Positions 39,454 to 49,628 are shown, counted from the first letter of the stretch. The stretch is DNA of 64,000 nt from Abditibacterium sp. (GCA_965199495.1 CBDASK010000003.1:1952001-2016000), one strand, 5' to 3'. Numbers and translations: made by a program. The notes: generated from the sequence alone by a model not told the origin.

Positions 39454-39814
39454 ACGGATTCCTCATCGTTAGCGCCGCCTTATCAAAATCAAAAGCGGAC
39501 GCAAAAATAAACGCGAGAAGAGAACCGTTATTCTCTAAAAATTTCTCTGGCTCAATCGCTCGAATTTCGCTTACGCGCGCCAAACATCGAAGTTCATTAG
39601 TTCGCGCAAAACGCATTTCAAACGTGGTTTCTACCTCGCATTATAACACTCCTTCGCCCCGACTAAAACCATAAAGCCCAAAATTTGACATTGACGCTGA
39701 GTGAATTCTGTAATTAAGCACCGAAATGGCCGCGAAAGTCGCGAAAGTGCGCCCATTTATCGCGACGTTTTGCTCCTTGATTATTTCGCCGCCACCGTAT
39801 AAGTTCAATACTCC

Positions 39815-40933
39815 ATGAACCGCTACAAAATCTCCGGCGCGTTAATTATTAGCGCCGCGTTCATCCTGCCCAACATCAGCCACGCCCAACCGACGCCCGC
39901 AAAAACGCCAGCAAAAGAGGGCAAAGCATTCACAATGGATGACGTTGAGAGCATTGAGACCGCTCAAATTCAGGTGCGCAACGTCGCTTCCAACCTCATG
40001 GCTTACTGGCTCGACCCGCTCCATCAGCCGATGCCAATATCCATTCAGATGAGCGAGAGAAACGCGGGGATTCTCTACAGAACGGGAATTGCGGTGGCGG
40101 CCCAACCGGGCAACGGCAAAGGGCCGGGCGACTTGAGATTGCCAAACGGCGTTCAGGGTCTCGTTTCGGTTGACCCACAAAATGTGCTGCGCGTCAGAGG
40201 CACCAAAGCTGGCATCGAGACGTTGCAGAAGTTGGTTAAAGACATGGACGTGCCATTGAATGAAGTGGGTATTGAAGCGCAAATTTGGGAAATGTCGCCC
40301 GATACATTCAAAAGTTTGCCACTGGTTTTTCGCTATACCACACAGTATGAGAATGCCCGGCAAAGCACCCAGCCGGTCGGCGATAAACAAGAGAACACAC
40401 CTTTAAACGTGGATTTCTTATGGCGCATCGCGCTCGCGGCGCCCACCTCTGACATCGCTTCCACGACCCAAATCTTGGAGGCGGGTCTGAAAGACAAAAG
40501 CGCCCGTCTGCTCACGGCGCCGCGCGTGACTGTGGTTGATGGATTGGTGGCCACGGTGCAATTGAACGAATCGCGCGCACTTGTTTTCGATGCGGCGAAA
40601 AGTGCCGCGCCGCAGGCAAAGCCAAAAACGAAAGAGAGAGCGTCGCCCGCAGACGATGGGGTCAAAGATAAATTTCCAGAGGGACTGGCTTTTGTCAACG
40701 GTCAAACCGGCCTGACCGTGGGGCCGCTATTGCACGGCGGCGCCCTATCTCTGAACTTTAGCATTTCTCTCGACAGCAGCGTGACTCAGGCAGCGACAAC
40801 GTTACGCGATGGCCAAACGTTAGCGGTTCGTTTGCCCAACGACAATCCCACAACCGGCTGGCCGCGCGTGGCTCTGATTAAAGTGCATATCATCAACCAC
40901 GCGGGTGATGCCGTCGCTGTGCCCGGCGCTTAA
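39815..40933 (+). CDS. Minimal secretin-like protein, paralog A
   Basis: Signal peptide; DPQNVLRVRGT...LVKDMDVP..EV.IEAQI (Secretin_N-like), ARLLTAPRVTVVDG and LRDGQTL. Confidence 0.65.
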   Translation: MNRYKISGALIISAAFILPNISHAQPTPAKTPAKEGKAFTMDDVESIETAQIQVRNVASNLMAYWLDPLHQPMPISIQMSERNAGILYRTGIAVAAQPGNGKGPGDLRLPNGVQGLVSVDPQNVLRVRGTKAGIETLQKLVKDMDVPLNEVGIEAQIWEMSPDTFKSLPLVFRYTTQYENARQSTQPVGDKQENTPLNVDFLWRIALAAPTSDIASTTQILEAGLKDKSARLLTAPRVTVVDGLVATVQLNESRALVFDAAKSAAPQAKPKTKERASPADDGVKDKFPEGLAFVNGQTGLTVGPLLHGGALSLNFSISLDSSVTQAATTLRDGQTLAVRLPNDNPTTGWPRVALIKVHIINHAGDAVAVPGA

Positions 40934-40979
40934 ACTTACCGCCCAATTGGAGACAGCGAACTTCCCAAGAAATCTCACC

Positions 40980-42095
40980 ATGAACCACTCTCAACTTTTG
41001 CGCTCAATAACTCTTTGCGCCGCTCTTGTACTTACCGCCAACAGCAGCCACGCCCAACCCGCATTGGATAAAACGCCGATTGCGGACAAGGCAAATGTCA
41101 CTGATCTGGCGCCGGATAGCCATCTGGCTCAGATCAAAGTGCTTAACATACCTTCCGCATTGATGGCTTACTGGCTCGACCCGACGCGTCAGCCCAAGCC
41201 AATTCAAATCCAACTCAGCGAGGCAAACGGTGGCATTAGACCTTTTGAACGCGATCCACTACCGCGCCAACCCGGCAACGGCAACGGGCCGCGCGATTTG
41301 AAACTGCCGCCGGGCGTCGAAATCGTGGTGTCAGTTGATCCGCAGAACGTGTTACTGGTCAAAGGCAGCAAAGCGGGAGTTGAGGCGCTGCGAAAGTTGG
41401 TCAAAGAGATTGACGTGACCATCGATCAAATCGAAGTTGAGGCGCAGATTTGGGACATGTCGCCCGGCAAATTTGCAAGTTTGCCGATAGTTTTCCGCGA
41501 TGTCGCCTTTGGCAGCGAAAAAATCCCGGTATTAGGCGATGTAAATGCAGCTAAAAATGCCAATATTACCAGCGGCGCAGGCGACTTTTTCGCGCGCGTC
41601 GCATTCGCTGCGCCCACATCTGATATGACGTCAGTAAGGCAAAAGTTGAACGAAGGTCTCGCCGATGGCAGCGCTCGCCTCATCACGGCGCCGCGAGTGA
41701 CCGCTATAGATGGCTTGGTGGCTAGCTTGGCTTCAACCGAAAGCCGCGTTCTCAATTTCGATAAGCCGCCAACACCAAAAGCCGAAGATGAGACAACCAA
41801 TAATGACGACGGCAATGCTCCAAATCCCACTAGAGAAGTCATAGATAGCTGGAAAGCGGGCCTTACTTTGGTCGAAAGTCAAACCGGCTTCGCAGTAGCG
41901 CCCGTGCTACACGGCGACGTAATGAATTTGGGATTCCGAATCACCTTCGACAATACGGTAACGCCGGGCAGCACAGTTATGCGCGACGGCCAAACTTTGG
42001 CGGTTCGTTTACCGAACGATAATCCCGCGACAGGCTGGCCACGCGTGGCCCTGCTCAAAGTGCACGTTATCCGCCGCGCGGGCGAGGCCAACTAA
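40980..42095 (+). CDS. Minimal secretin-like protein, paralog B
   Basis: Colinear homolog of paralog A (LMAYWLDP, QPGNG.GP.DL.LP, ARLITAPRVTAIDG, RDGQTLAVRLPNDNP.TGWPRVAL). Confidence 0.65.
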   Translation: MNHSQLLRSITLCAALVLTANSSHAQPALDKTPIADKANVTDLAPDSHLAQIKVLNIPSALMAYWLDPTRQPKPIQIQLSEANGGIRPFERDPLPRQPGNGNGPRDLKLPPGVEIVVSVDPQNVLLVKGSKAGVEALRKLVKEIDVTIDQIEVEAQIWDMSPGKFASLPIVFRDVAFGSEKIPVLGDVNAAKNANITSGAGDFFARVAFAAPTSDMTSVRQKLNEGLADGSARLITAPRVTAIDGLVASLASTESRVLNFDKPPTPKAEDETTNNDDGNAPNPTREVIDSWKAGLTLVESQTGFAVAPVLHGDVMNLGFRITFDNTVTPGSTVMRDGQTLAVRLPNDNPATGWPRVALLKVHVIRRAGEAN

Positions 42096-42104
42096 AATCA
42101 TTCG

Positions 42105-43904
42105 ATGAACGTTCAACAACCGCATAACCGTCTGCGCACGCCGCTCCCGAAAATTGGAATCCGCCCGACAATTGACGGCAGATTGGGCGGTGTGCGCGAG
42201 TCGCTCGAAGAGCGCACCATGAATATGGCGCGCGCGACCGCCGAATTGATTCAAAATAACATCCGCCACGCTTGCGGTTTGCGGGTCGAAGTCGTCATCG
42301 CCGACACGACAATCGGCGGCGTTTCCGAGGCCGCGCAGTGCGCCGCCCTCTTCGAGCGCGAAGGCGTCGGCGTTTCGCTTACCGTCACGCCGTGTTGGTG
42401 TTACGGCAGCGAAACGATGGACATGAATCCCATCACGCCCAAAGCGGTGTGGGGTTTTAATGGGACGGAGCGGCCCGGCGCGGTTTATCTGGCGGCGGCG
42501 CTGGCGGGCCATGCGCAAAAAGGTTTGCCCGCGTTCGGCATTTATGGCCGCGACGTGCAAGACAGCGACGATACTTCGATTCCCGACGACGTGGCTGCTA
42601 AAATTCTGACGTTTGCGTGCGCCGGTCTGGCCGCCGCGACGATGCGCGGCACGAGTTATCTTTCGATGGGCGGCACGAGCATGGGCATCGCCGGTTCGCA
42701 AATTTCGCCCGAATTTTTCGAGTCGTATCTGGGAATGCGCTCCGAAGCGATTGATTTAACCGAGTTTATTCGTCGCATCGAATTGGAAATTTACGATACC
42801 GAAGAATTTGAGCGCGCGCTGGAATGGGTGAAGCGTAATTGTTCGGAAGGCGCAGATTTGAATCCCGAAGCGGCGCAACGCACGCGCGCGCAGAAAGATG
42901 AAGATTGGGCGACGAGCGTCAAAATGGCTTTGATCGCGCGCGATTTGATGATTGGCAATCCCAAACTTAAAGACACGGGCTGGGGCGAAGAATCCGAGGG
43001 TCACAACGCTTTGGCGGCGGGTTTTCAGGGCCAGCGCCAGTGGACGGACGCGCGGCCCAACGGCGATTTTCCCGAAGCGATTTTGACTTCGAGTTTCGAT
43101 TGGAACGGCATTCGCCAGAGCTTTGTTTTGGCGACCGAAAACGACGCTTTAAACGGCGTCGGAATGTTGATGGGTCATTTGCTCTCGCAGGGACAAGCGA
43201 CTTTATTCGCCGATTTGCGCACCTATTGGAGCGCCAAAGCCGTCGAGCGCGTGACCGGACATAAGCTGCAAGGCCACGCGGCGGGCGGCCTATTGCATTT
43301 GATCAATAGCGGCCCCGCCGCCTTGGATTGGACGGGCGAAATGGAACAAGACGGTGCCCCAGCATTGAAGCCTTGGTATGAGATTTCGTCCGCAGAAGCG
43401 CAGAAATGTCTGGACGCGACGAAATGGTGCGCTTCGGATTTGGGTTATTTCCCGGCGGGCGGCTGGTCAACCGATTTTCTAACGCGCGGCGAAATGCCCG
43501 CCACGATGGTTCGGTTGAATTTGGTCAAAGGTCTTGGCCCGGTTTTGCAAATCGCGCAAGGCTATGCGGTTTCGTTGCCCAACGAAGTCCACGACGCGCT
43601 CGACGCGCGCACCAATCCGACGTGGCCGACGACGTGGTTCGCGCCAATTCTCACCGGCGAGGGCAACTTCCGCGACGCGTATTCGGTAATGAACGCGTGG
43701 GGCGCCAATCACTGCGTCGCGGTCTACGGCCACGTCGGGGCGGATTTAATCGCACTCGCCGCAATTTTGCGGGTTCCCGTCGAAATGCACAACGTTCCGG
43801 CAGAAGATATATTTCGTCCGGCGGCATGGAATCGTTTCGGCGGCATGGCTGATGTCGGCGCCGACTATCGCGCGTGCGCAGCGTATGGGCCGTTGTATGG
43901 TTGA
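42105..43904 (+). CDS. fucI: L-fucose isomerase
   Basis: [45 protein letters not shown] and WGANH. Confidence 0.96.
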   Translation: MNVQQPHNRLRTPLPKIGIRPTIDGRLGGVRESLEERTMNMARATAELIQNNIRHACGLRVEVVIADTTIGGVSEAAQCAALFEREGVGVSLTVTPCWCYGSETMDMNPITPKAVWGFNGTERPGAVYLAAALAGHAQKGLPAFGIYGRDVQDSDDTSIPDDVAAKILTFACAGLAAATMRGTSYLSMGGTSMGIAGSQISPEFFESYLGMRSEAIDLTEFIRRIELEIYDTEEFERALEWVKRNCSEGADLNPEAAQRTRAQKDEDWATSVKMALIARDLMIGNPKLKDTGWGEESEGHNALAAGFQGQRQWTDARPNGDFPEAILTSSFDWNGIRQSFVLATENDALNGVGMLMGHLLSQGQATLFADLRTYWSAKAVERVTGHKLQGHAAGGLLHLINSGPAALDWTGEMEQDGAPALKPWYEISSAEAQKCLDATKWCASDLGYFPAGGWSTDFLTRGEMPATMVRLNLVKGLGPVLQIAQGYAVSLPNEVHDALDARTNPTWPTTWFAPILTGEGNFRDAYSVMNAWGANHCVAVYGHVGADLIALAAILRVPVEMHNVPAEDIFRPAAWNRFGGMADVGADYRACAAYGPLYG

Positions 43905-43923
43905 GTTGCTGCAAGCCGATGCG

Positions 43924-45810
43924 TTACGTTATTTGAGTAGATTTAGATGTGCGGTAGGCTTGTTCGGGATGATTGGGCTGTAATGGGAAGCGACGTTCCA
44001 ACAATCCTTCTTTAACCAAGGAACTCAAGTAAGTCTGCTGTAAATTTTCCGCACTACGCCCCAGTAATTCGCCCACTTCTTTAGAAGTAAAAAAGTGATC
44101 TCTGCAAATTTGTAAAATCACGTTACGCACGACCGATTGTGGTGGCTTTTTGGGAGACGATACCGGCGCTGCAATATCTTCTAAGCGTTTGCGCTCTTCA
44201 GAAGAGAGAACAAATCCAAGGGAGCTATCAACCGATCCAAGGGAGTTAGGCTTCCTTGGATCGGTTGATAACTCCCTTGGATTCAAATCGAGCACAGGTT
44301 CTGAATTGGCTTCATCTCCATCGACTTTGTAAGTTGTCCATCTGCCACTGCCGCTGGACTGTAAAATTTTTCGACTTACTAAACCTTTAAAAAGAATGGA
44401 ACAATCGGCAGAGTGAAGCCCCGTAACGCTGCGCAAACGTGCATTACTAATCTTTCCCTCGATATGAGCTGTAACAACCGCAATACGCTCTCTCTCATCC
44501 AAGGAGTCAAATGTTTTGCCCAGATGGTCGCGCAGATGTTGAATGGCGCGTTCGGGTAACAAGCTGGCCATTGGCAAAGATAGGTGCGTTTGCTCAGGAT
44601 CATGTTCATCCCAAAGTAGTGGAAATCGCCAGTGTTGTTCCTGCCATGCCCGTAGAATTTTGGGAATTCCAGAGCCAGCTTTTTCTGCGGCACCTATCAT
44701 TTGAAACATACGTTGGAGCCAGGGATTGCGACAATCACTTTGCCCGCCAGCTAAAACTGTATGAAGTGGCAAACGCAGATTTCCCGGATTTTGAAAGGAA
44801 AACTCTCCGGGTTTCTTAATAACTAAAACGCTGGTGCGCCCCGAAAAGTCGGCGTGAATCAAAGTGTTTACCAAAGCTTCGCGCAAGGCTTCATGAATTG
44901 GGCTTTCATCGATTCGCTGCCCCGAACCTTCGATTCGGTAAGGCACTTTCAATTCCGCTGTCAGTCGGGCCAGCACACGACGGAAGAAAATAAATAGGTT
45001 ACCTGACCAAGAGCCATCACTATGAAATCTATCCAGCCATTTTACACTGCCGCCCGCGACCTCATCCGATGGAAGCTCTCGATAATCCAATTGTAATGCT
45101 GGAAACTCTTCCCATATTGGGCTTTGCTGACCAAACATGAGCAACCCTGCCACTGTTAGCCCCTCTTCCCCAGTCTGCCGGTCGCATCGCCACCCACCTA
45201 ATGATCGCAATAACTCTAAATCGTCTTTGGCTAAAAAAGGGTGAGTCGCATTGGTGGTTCGAAATAAAGCGCGAAATGAGAGCAAGCTGTCCTGATCCAG
45301 ATCCGATAATTCGTAATTCGGAAGAATTCTTTCATCCCGTGACCGCTCTGTTGCTTCTGCAATCATACGTTGCACAGAGTTTCTGTTGCACTTGTAATCG
45401 CCTTCAAAATTTCTCTTATACGTTCCCGAGAAAGGATTTAATCCAACAAAAATAGGACGTTCCTCGCGCTTGGCACGAGGAACACGAATAGAAACGACGC
45501 TCAATCCATTTAAGACCTCAACTTGAACATCTTGATCCCTTAGAATGTTTGAGCTAACGACTTGGGCATTGTTGACGCTGTCCCAAAAGAATTTTTGCAC
45601 ATGAGCGGGACTTTTAATACCTTCAATGAAAAATTCATCTCCTTCCTGCTTAACGCCCATATAGATGACGCCCCCTTCGGTGTTAGCCATCGCAGAGTAG
45701 GTTTCCCACAGCGACCGAGGCACGACGCCCTTTCCATCCGCTCCTTGCGCGGACTTAAACTCTAAATCAACATCTTCATCCCGTTCTAATAACTGTTCTA
45801 AATTGGTCAT
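43924..45810 (-). CDS. AlbA_2 (Schlafen-like) + HATPase_c_4 (RecG C-like) + wHTH protein; lower GC
   Basis: E...LEFK...SAMANTEGG.IYMGV, ALREALVNTLIHAD, NPG, RNP, AEKAGSG and C-terminal P.HPEQAY. Confidence 0.85.
   Translation of the reverse strand: MTNLEQLLERDEDVDLEFKSAQGADGKGVVPRSLWETYSAMANTEGGVIYMGVKQEGDEFFIEGIKSPAHVQKFFWDSVNNAQVVSSNILRDQDVQVEVLNGLSVVSIRVPRAKREERPIFVGLNPFSGTYKRNFEGDYKCNRNSVQRMIAEATERSRDERILPNYELSDLDQDSLLSFRALFRTTNATHPFLAKDDLELLRSLGGWRCDRQTGEEGLTVAGLLMFGQQSPIWEEFPALQLDYRELPSDEVAGGSVKWLDRFHSDGSWSGNLFIFFRRVLARLTAELKVPYRIEGSGQRIDESPIHEALREALVNTLIHADFSGRTSVLVIKKPGEFSFQNPGNLRLPLHTVLAGGQSDCRNPWLQRMFQMIGAAEKAGSGIPKILRAWQEQHWRFPLLWDEHDPEQTHLSLPMASLLPERAIQHLRDHLGKTFDSLDERERIAVVTAHIEGKISNARLRSVTGLHSADCSILFKGLVSRKILQSSGSGRWTTYKVDGDEANSEPVLDLNPRELSTDPRKPNSLGSVDSSLGFVLSSEERKRLEDIAAPVSSPKKPPQSVVRNVILQICRDHFFTSKEVGELLGRSAENLQQTYLSSLVKEGLLERRFPLQPNHPEQAYRTSKSTQIT
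44213..44283. repeat. Intragenic palindrome (33-bp arms) made of a 21-bp unit
   Basis: AATCCAAGGGAGCTATCAACCGATCCAAGGGAG-TTAGG-CTTCCTTGGATCGGTTGATAACTCCCTTGGATT, 2 mismatches. Confidence 0.85.
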
Positions 45811-45832
45811 CTTTAATTCAAGTTTAACCTCA

Positions 45833-45879
45833 AATTAAAAGAGGTGACACAAAAGCAATTTGTGCCACCTCTTTTAATT
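45833..45879 (-). terminator. Terminator of the rhamnose operon
   Basis: AATTAAAAGAGGTGACACAAA-AGCAA-TTTGTGCCACCTCTTTTAATT. Confidence 0.7.
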
Positions 45880-45901
45880 AATTTATTCTCAAGGGCTACT
45901 C

Positions 45902-48085
45902 CTATCGCAAAAATCCCTCGAACAATCCGCCGTCTACGCCGATGATTTGGCCCGTCGTTTTGCTCAATCTGTCCGTGAGGAACAAGAAAAACGCTTCCGC
46001 TTGATCCTTCGGCTCAATCGGCGATTGTGTCAGCGTGCGCTTCGCATAAAAATGCGCCAGTTTGTCGCGCAAATCATCGTCGCTTTCGGTTTCCGAATAC
46101 GGAATGTCGTATTTCGCCAGACTCGAAATCACGCGGTCGCGCGGGAACATCGCCGAACCCTTCACCACGGTCGCCGGAGCCACGGCGTTGACGCGACAGA
46201 GCGGCGCCAATTCGACGGCCAGTTCGCGCACCAGATGGTTGGCGGCGGCTTTTGAAGTATCGTAGGCCAGCGAACCTTTTTTGGCGACGACGGCGTTGGC
46301 GCTCGTTGTCAAAACGAAATTGGCTTTCAAGCCCTGTGGCTTCAACACGCGATGATAGGTTTCATCGGCGACGAAATACGAGCCGCTCACGTTGATGGCG
46401 AAAGTCAACGCCCAACGGTCGTCGGGAATATGGCCGGTTGTATCAGGCGGCACGAAGATGCCCGCCGTAATCGCGATGCCGTCCAAACCGCCGTAAGCCA
46501 ACGTCGCTTCATCCAGCATTTTGCGAATTGATTCGCGGTCGGTGATGTTGGCGGAAAGTCCAATCGCCGGGCCGCAACCCGAAATTCCTGAACCCGCGAC
46601 GCCGATGCCTTGCCCCAATTGCGCGCTCAGTTCGGCGGCGGTTTGTTGCGCGGCTTGCGCGTTCAAATCCACGCACACGATATGCGCGCCTTCGGGCGCG
46701 ATGCGATGCGCGACTTCGCGCCCGATGCCGCTCCCCGCGCCAATCACCGCGATGACTTGGCGCGCCAATTCGCGCTCTTTGGGCATTCGCTGCAATTTGG
46801 CTTCTTCGAGCAACCAATATTCGATGTCGAACGCTTCCTGCTGCGGCAAAGCAACGTAATTGCCGATAGCTTCGGCGCCGCGCATCACTTCGATGGCGCA
46901 ACCGTAAAACTCGGCGGTCACGCGGCTCTCCGATTTGTCTTTGCCCCACGCGATTAAGCCCAATCCGGGAATCAAAATCACCGTTGGATTGGCGTCGCGT
47001 ATCGCTGGCGAATCATCGTGCTTGCACGCTTCGTAATAAGCCGCGTAATCGGCGCGATATTTCTCGATGCCTTCGCTGAGCTTGGCCTTGAGAGCAGCCA
47101 CGTCGCCAGTCTGCGGGTTCCAGTCAATGTAAAGCGGCTTGATTTTGGTGCGCAGAAAATGATCGGGACAACTGGTTCCCAATTCGGCCAATCGCGGCGC
47201 GTCAACCGAATTAACGAAGCGCAATGTTTTCTCGTCATCTTGGATTGTGCCAATAAAACGCTTAAATTGCGAAACTTGACCGCGCAACCACGGCAGAATT
47301 TCGACCAATGCCGCCCGCCGTGGCTGCTCTTCGAGCGACTGGAATTTCGCGCCGCCAAACGTTTGCTCGCCCTTGTCTTTCGATTCGATGTAGTTCGCGG
47401 CGCGCTCGATGAGTTCGAGCGATAATTCGTAGCAAGCCTTGTCGTCGTCGTGCCAGTTGATGAGGCCGTGGCCGCCCAGAATCACGCCTTTGGCGTCGGG
47501 ATGTTCGCGCACGACTTTTTGCAGTTCCAAACCCAACTCAAAGCCGGGACGTTGCCAGTTCGTCCAAATCACGTCGTCGCCATAAATCTCGCGCGTCAAT
47601 TGCTCGCCGTTATCGGCGGCGGCGACGGCTATGACGGCGTTGGGATGCGTGTGGTCAACGTGTTTGGCGGGCACGAACGAATGAAGCGGCGTATCAATCG
47701 AACTGGCGCGCGGATTGAGATTGAACGTGGCTTGCGCGTATAAGCCGACCATCTTATCTTCGGCGGCGGTTTTGACGCCGCGCTCTGGCTCGTGATTATA
47801 GAGGTTTTGCAGCGCTAATAATTTGTCTTGATAAAGACTGGAAAAGTTCTCGCGTTTAGCGGTGCGCAGATCGCCGCCGCTGCCTTTGACCCACAAAACT
47901 TCGACAATTTCGCCAGTAATCGGATCGGTTTCGGGCAATTTGGCGCTGGTGTTGCCGCCGCCGGTATTGGTGATGCGCCCATCAGCGCCCAGCAAGTTGG
48001 AACGATAAATTAGGCGGCCAACCGGGTCGAGTTTGGCGGCTTCGTCGTCGTTCCAGAGATCGTTTACGTGTTTGAATTCGGGCAT
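45902..48085 (-). CDS. Bifunctional rhamnulose-1-phosphate aldolase / short-chain dehydrogenase (RhaEW-type)
   Basis: GGGNTSAK, KGSGGD, SIDTPLH, DHTHP, CPDHFLRTK and EYWLLEEAKL, then an SDR domain with GAGSGIG and YDTSK. Confidence 0.93.
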   Translation of the reverse strand: MPEFKHVNDLWNDDEAAKLDPVGRLIYRSNLLGADGRITNTGGGNTSAKLPETDPITGEIVEVLWVKGSGGDLRTAKRENFSSLYQDKLLALQNLYNHEPERGVKTAAEDKMVGLYAQATFNLNPRASSIDTPLHSFVPAKHVDHTHPNAVIAVAAADNGEQLTREIYGDDVIWTNWQRPGFELGLELQKVVREHPDAKGVILGGHGLINWHDDDKACYELSLELIERAANYIESKDKGEQTFGGAKFQSLEEQPRRAALVEILPWLRGQVSQFKRFIGTIQDDEKTLRFVNSVDAPRLAELGTSCPDHFLRTKIKPLYIDWNPQTGDVAALKAKLSEGIEKYRADYAAYYEACKHDDSPAIRDANPTVILIPGLGLIAWGKDKSESRVTAEFYGCAIEVMRGAEAIGNYVALPQQEAFDIEYWLLEEAKLQRMPKERELARQVIAVIGAGSGIGREVAHRIAPEGAHIVCVDLNAQAAQQTAAELSAQLGQGIGVAGSGISGCGPAIGLSANITDRESIRKMLDEATLAYGGLDGIAITAGIFVPPDTTGHIPDDRWALTFAINVSGSYFVADETYHRVLKPQGLKANFVLTTSANAVVAKKGSLAYDTSKAAANHLVRELAVELAPLCRVNAVAPATVVKGSAMFPRDRVISSLAKYDIPYSETESDDDLRDKLAHFYAKRTLTQSPIEPKDQAEAFFLFLTDRLSKTTGQIIGVDGGLFEGFLR

Positions 48086-48126
48086 TGTGTTTAGGAAAAT
48101 GCCGACTTTCGGCACTGGTATTACTC

Positions 48127-48310
48127 TGCGGTAGGTATAACTCACACCCCCTCTGGGCTTCGCCCATCTCCCCCTCCGAAAGGGGGAGAGGCGCACGAAC
48201 CCTCGACATCGCCAGAACAATCGCGAGTAATGAACGGCAGAAGAGCCTCTCCCCCTTTCGGAGGGGGAGATGGGCGAAGCCCAGAGGGGGTGTGAGTTAT
48301 ACCTACCGCA
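48127..48310. repeat. Perfect 66-bp inverted repeat with internal hairpins, inside the rha operon
   Basis: Arms 48127-48192 and 48245-48310 are exact reverse complements. Confidence 0.92.
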
Positions 48311-48314
48311 AATT

Positions 48315-49499
48315 TCAAGCGTAACTCGAACCGCCGCCGCCTTGCGGCCTACGGGCCGTCCGTTCGCTCGCTTTCTCGTCGGTGTAATTGCTTTCGCGAT
48401 GCGCCTTGAGTGGATCGGCGGGCAGACCTTTACTTTCGCGCCACGCCTGCAAAATCGGCGTCACATCCGCGAAAAACGCGCTCTTCAAACACTCTTCGGC
48501 GCCCACGATGTCGCATTCCTTCTGAAATTTGTGCAGCGCCTCGCGGTCAACCATGCAGGCTTTCAGATACAATTCCTGCGCGGTCATCACGGTCTGAATC
48601 ATCGCCTCGATTTTCGGTTTGAGATTGTGACTCTGGTCAATCATGTAAGCGATTTTATCCACGTCCACACCGCGCTGCGCGGCGTTGCGAATCTCGTGAA
48701 ATATCCGAAAAACCGCATACGGATCAATCGAGCCAATCGTCAAATCGTCGTCGGCATATTTGCTGTCGTTGAAGTGAAAACCGCCGAGCATATCTTCGTC
48801 GAGCAGCCACGCCACGATTTGCTCGACGTTAGTCGCGGGCAAATGATGGCCGGTATCCACCAAAACTTTGGCGCGCGGCCCGGCTTTTTTGCACAGCAAG
48901 GTCGCCATGCCCCAATCGGCGCTATCGGTCGCGTAAAACGCGGGTTCAAACGGCTTGTATTCCACCAACATCGTCATTGATTCGGGCATCGCGTCGTGCC
49001 ATTCCATCAACGCCGATTCCATGCGATGTTTGCGCGCGATTAAATCGTCTTGGCCCGGATAATTGATGCCGTCGGCGAACCAGAACGACAGCAAATCGGA
49101 GCCAGTTGCTTGGCCAATCTTAATGCTATCGAGAACGTGCTGATTCGCCATGCGGCGCGCGTCGGCGTTGGGCGAAGCCGCCGAACCATATTTATATTGG
49201 GCGTCTTGAAACAAATTGGGATTGATCGAGCCGATTTTGATGCCGTGTTTTGCGGCCAACTGCGCGACTTCGCGCGGGTTGGAGCCTTCCTGAAAGTCCC
49301 ACAAAACGTGGACGGCCATCGTCGGACAGGCGCCGGTTAAATCGTTGACGCGCGCGGCATCTTCGATCTTTTCTTCGATGGTCGCGGCGGCGGCTGCTTG
49401 CGGGAACTTGCCAAAGCGCGTTCCGGTATCGGCAAAACCCCACGACGGCACTTCGATTTGGAAGGCGTCCAGCAGGGAAAACCAGTCGGTTGGATTCAT
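48315..49499 (-). CDS. rhaI: L-rhamnose isomerase (RhaI-type)
   Basis: PSWGFADTGTRF, NPNLFQ, W.ADG.NYPGQ, EYKPFEPAFY, DTGHH, HFNDSKYADDDL and DQSH. Confidence 0.92.
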   Translation of the reverse strand: MNPTDWFSLLDAFQIEVPSWGFADTGTRFGKFPQAAAAATIEEKIEDAARVNDLTGACPTMAVHVLWDFQEGSNPREVAQLAAKHGIKIGSINPNLFQDAQYKYGSAASPNADARRMANQHVLDSIKIGQATGSDLLSFWFADGINYPGQDDLIARKHRMESALMEWHDAMPESMTMLVEYKPFEPAFYATDSADWGMATLLCKKAGPRAKVLVDTGHHLPATNVEQIVAWLLDEDMLGGFHFNDSKYADDDLTIGSIDPYAVFRIFHEIRNAAQRGVDVDKIAYMIDQSHNLKPKIEAMIQTVMTAQELYLKACMVDREALHKFQKECDIVGAEECLKSAFFADVTPILQAWRESKGLPADPLKAHRESNYTDEKASERTARRPQGGGGSSYA

Positions 49500-49512
49500 G
49501 GGTGAAAGGTTT

Positions 49513-49562
49513 ACTTTACCGCATATAGCGTTATGGGTAAAGTCGAATTGGTAGCGTTTGCA
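49513..49562. promoter_or_regulatory. Candidate operator sites upstream of rhaI
   Basis: Inverted repeat ACTTTACCGCATA..TATGGGTAAAGT (49513-49543) and LacI-like TGGTAGCGTTTGCA (49549-49562). Confidence 0.4.
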
Positions 49563-49628
49563 TTGTCTCAAAGCAAATGGAGCAGAATTTTATGGCTATA
49601 AAATTCTGCTCCAAAAGTCGGAATCGGA

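Noticed and set aside
48085..48220. N-terminal ORF extensions of the aldolase, recN (to 57009), nadK (to 60324) and paralog 3 (from 29223)
   Set aside because: The extensions run through intergenic palindromic elements; downstream starts fit the family N-termini better.
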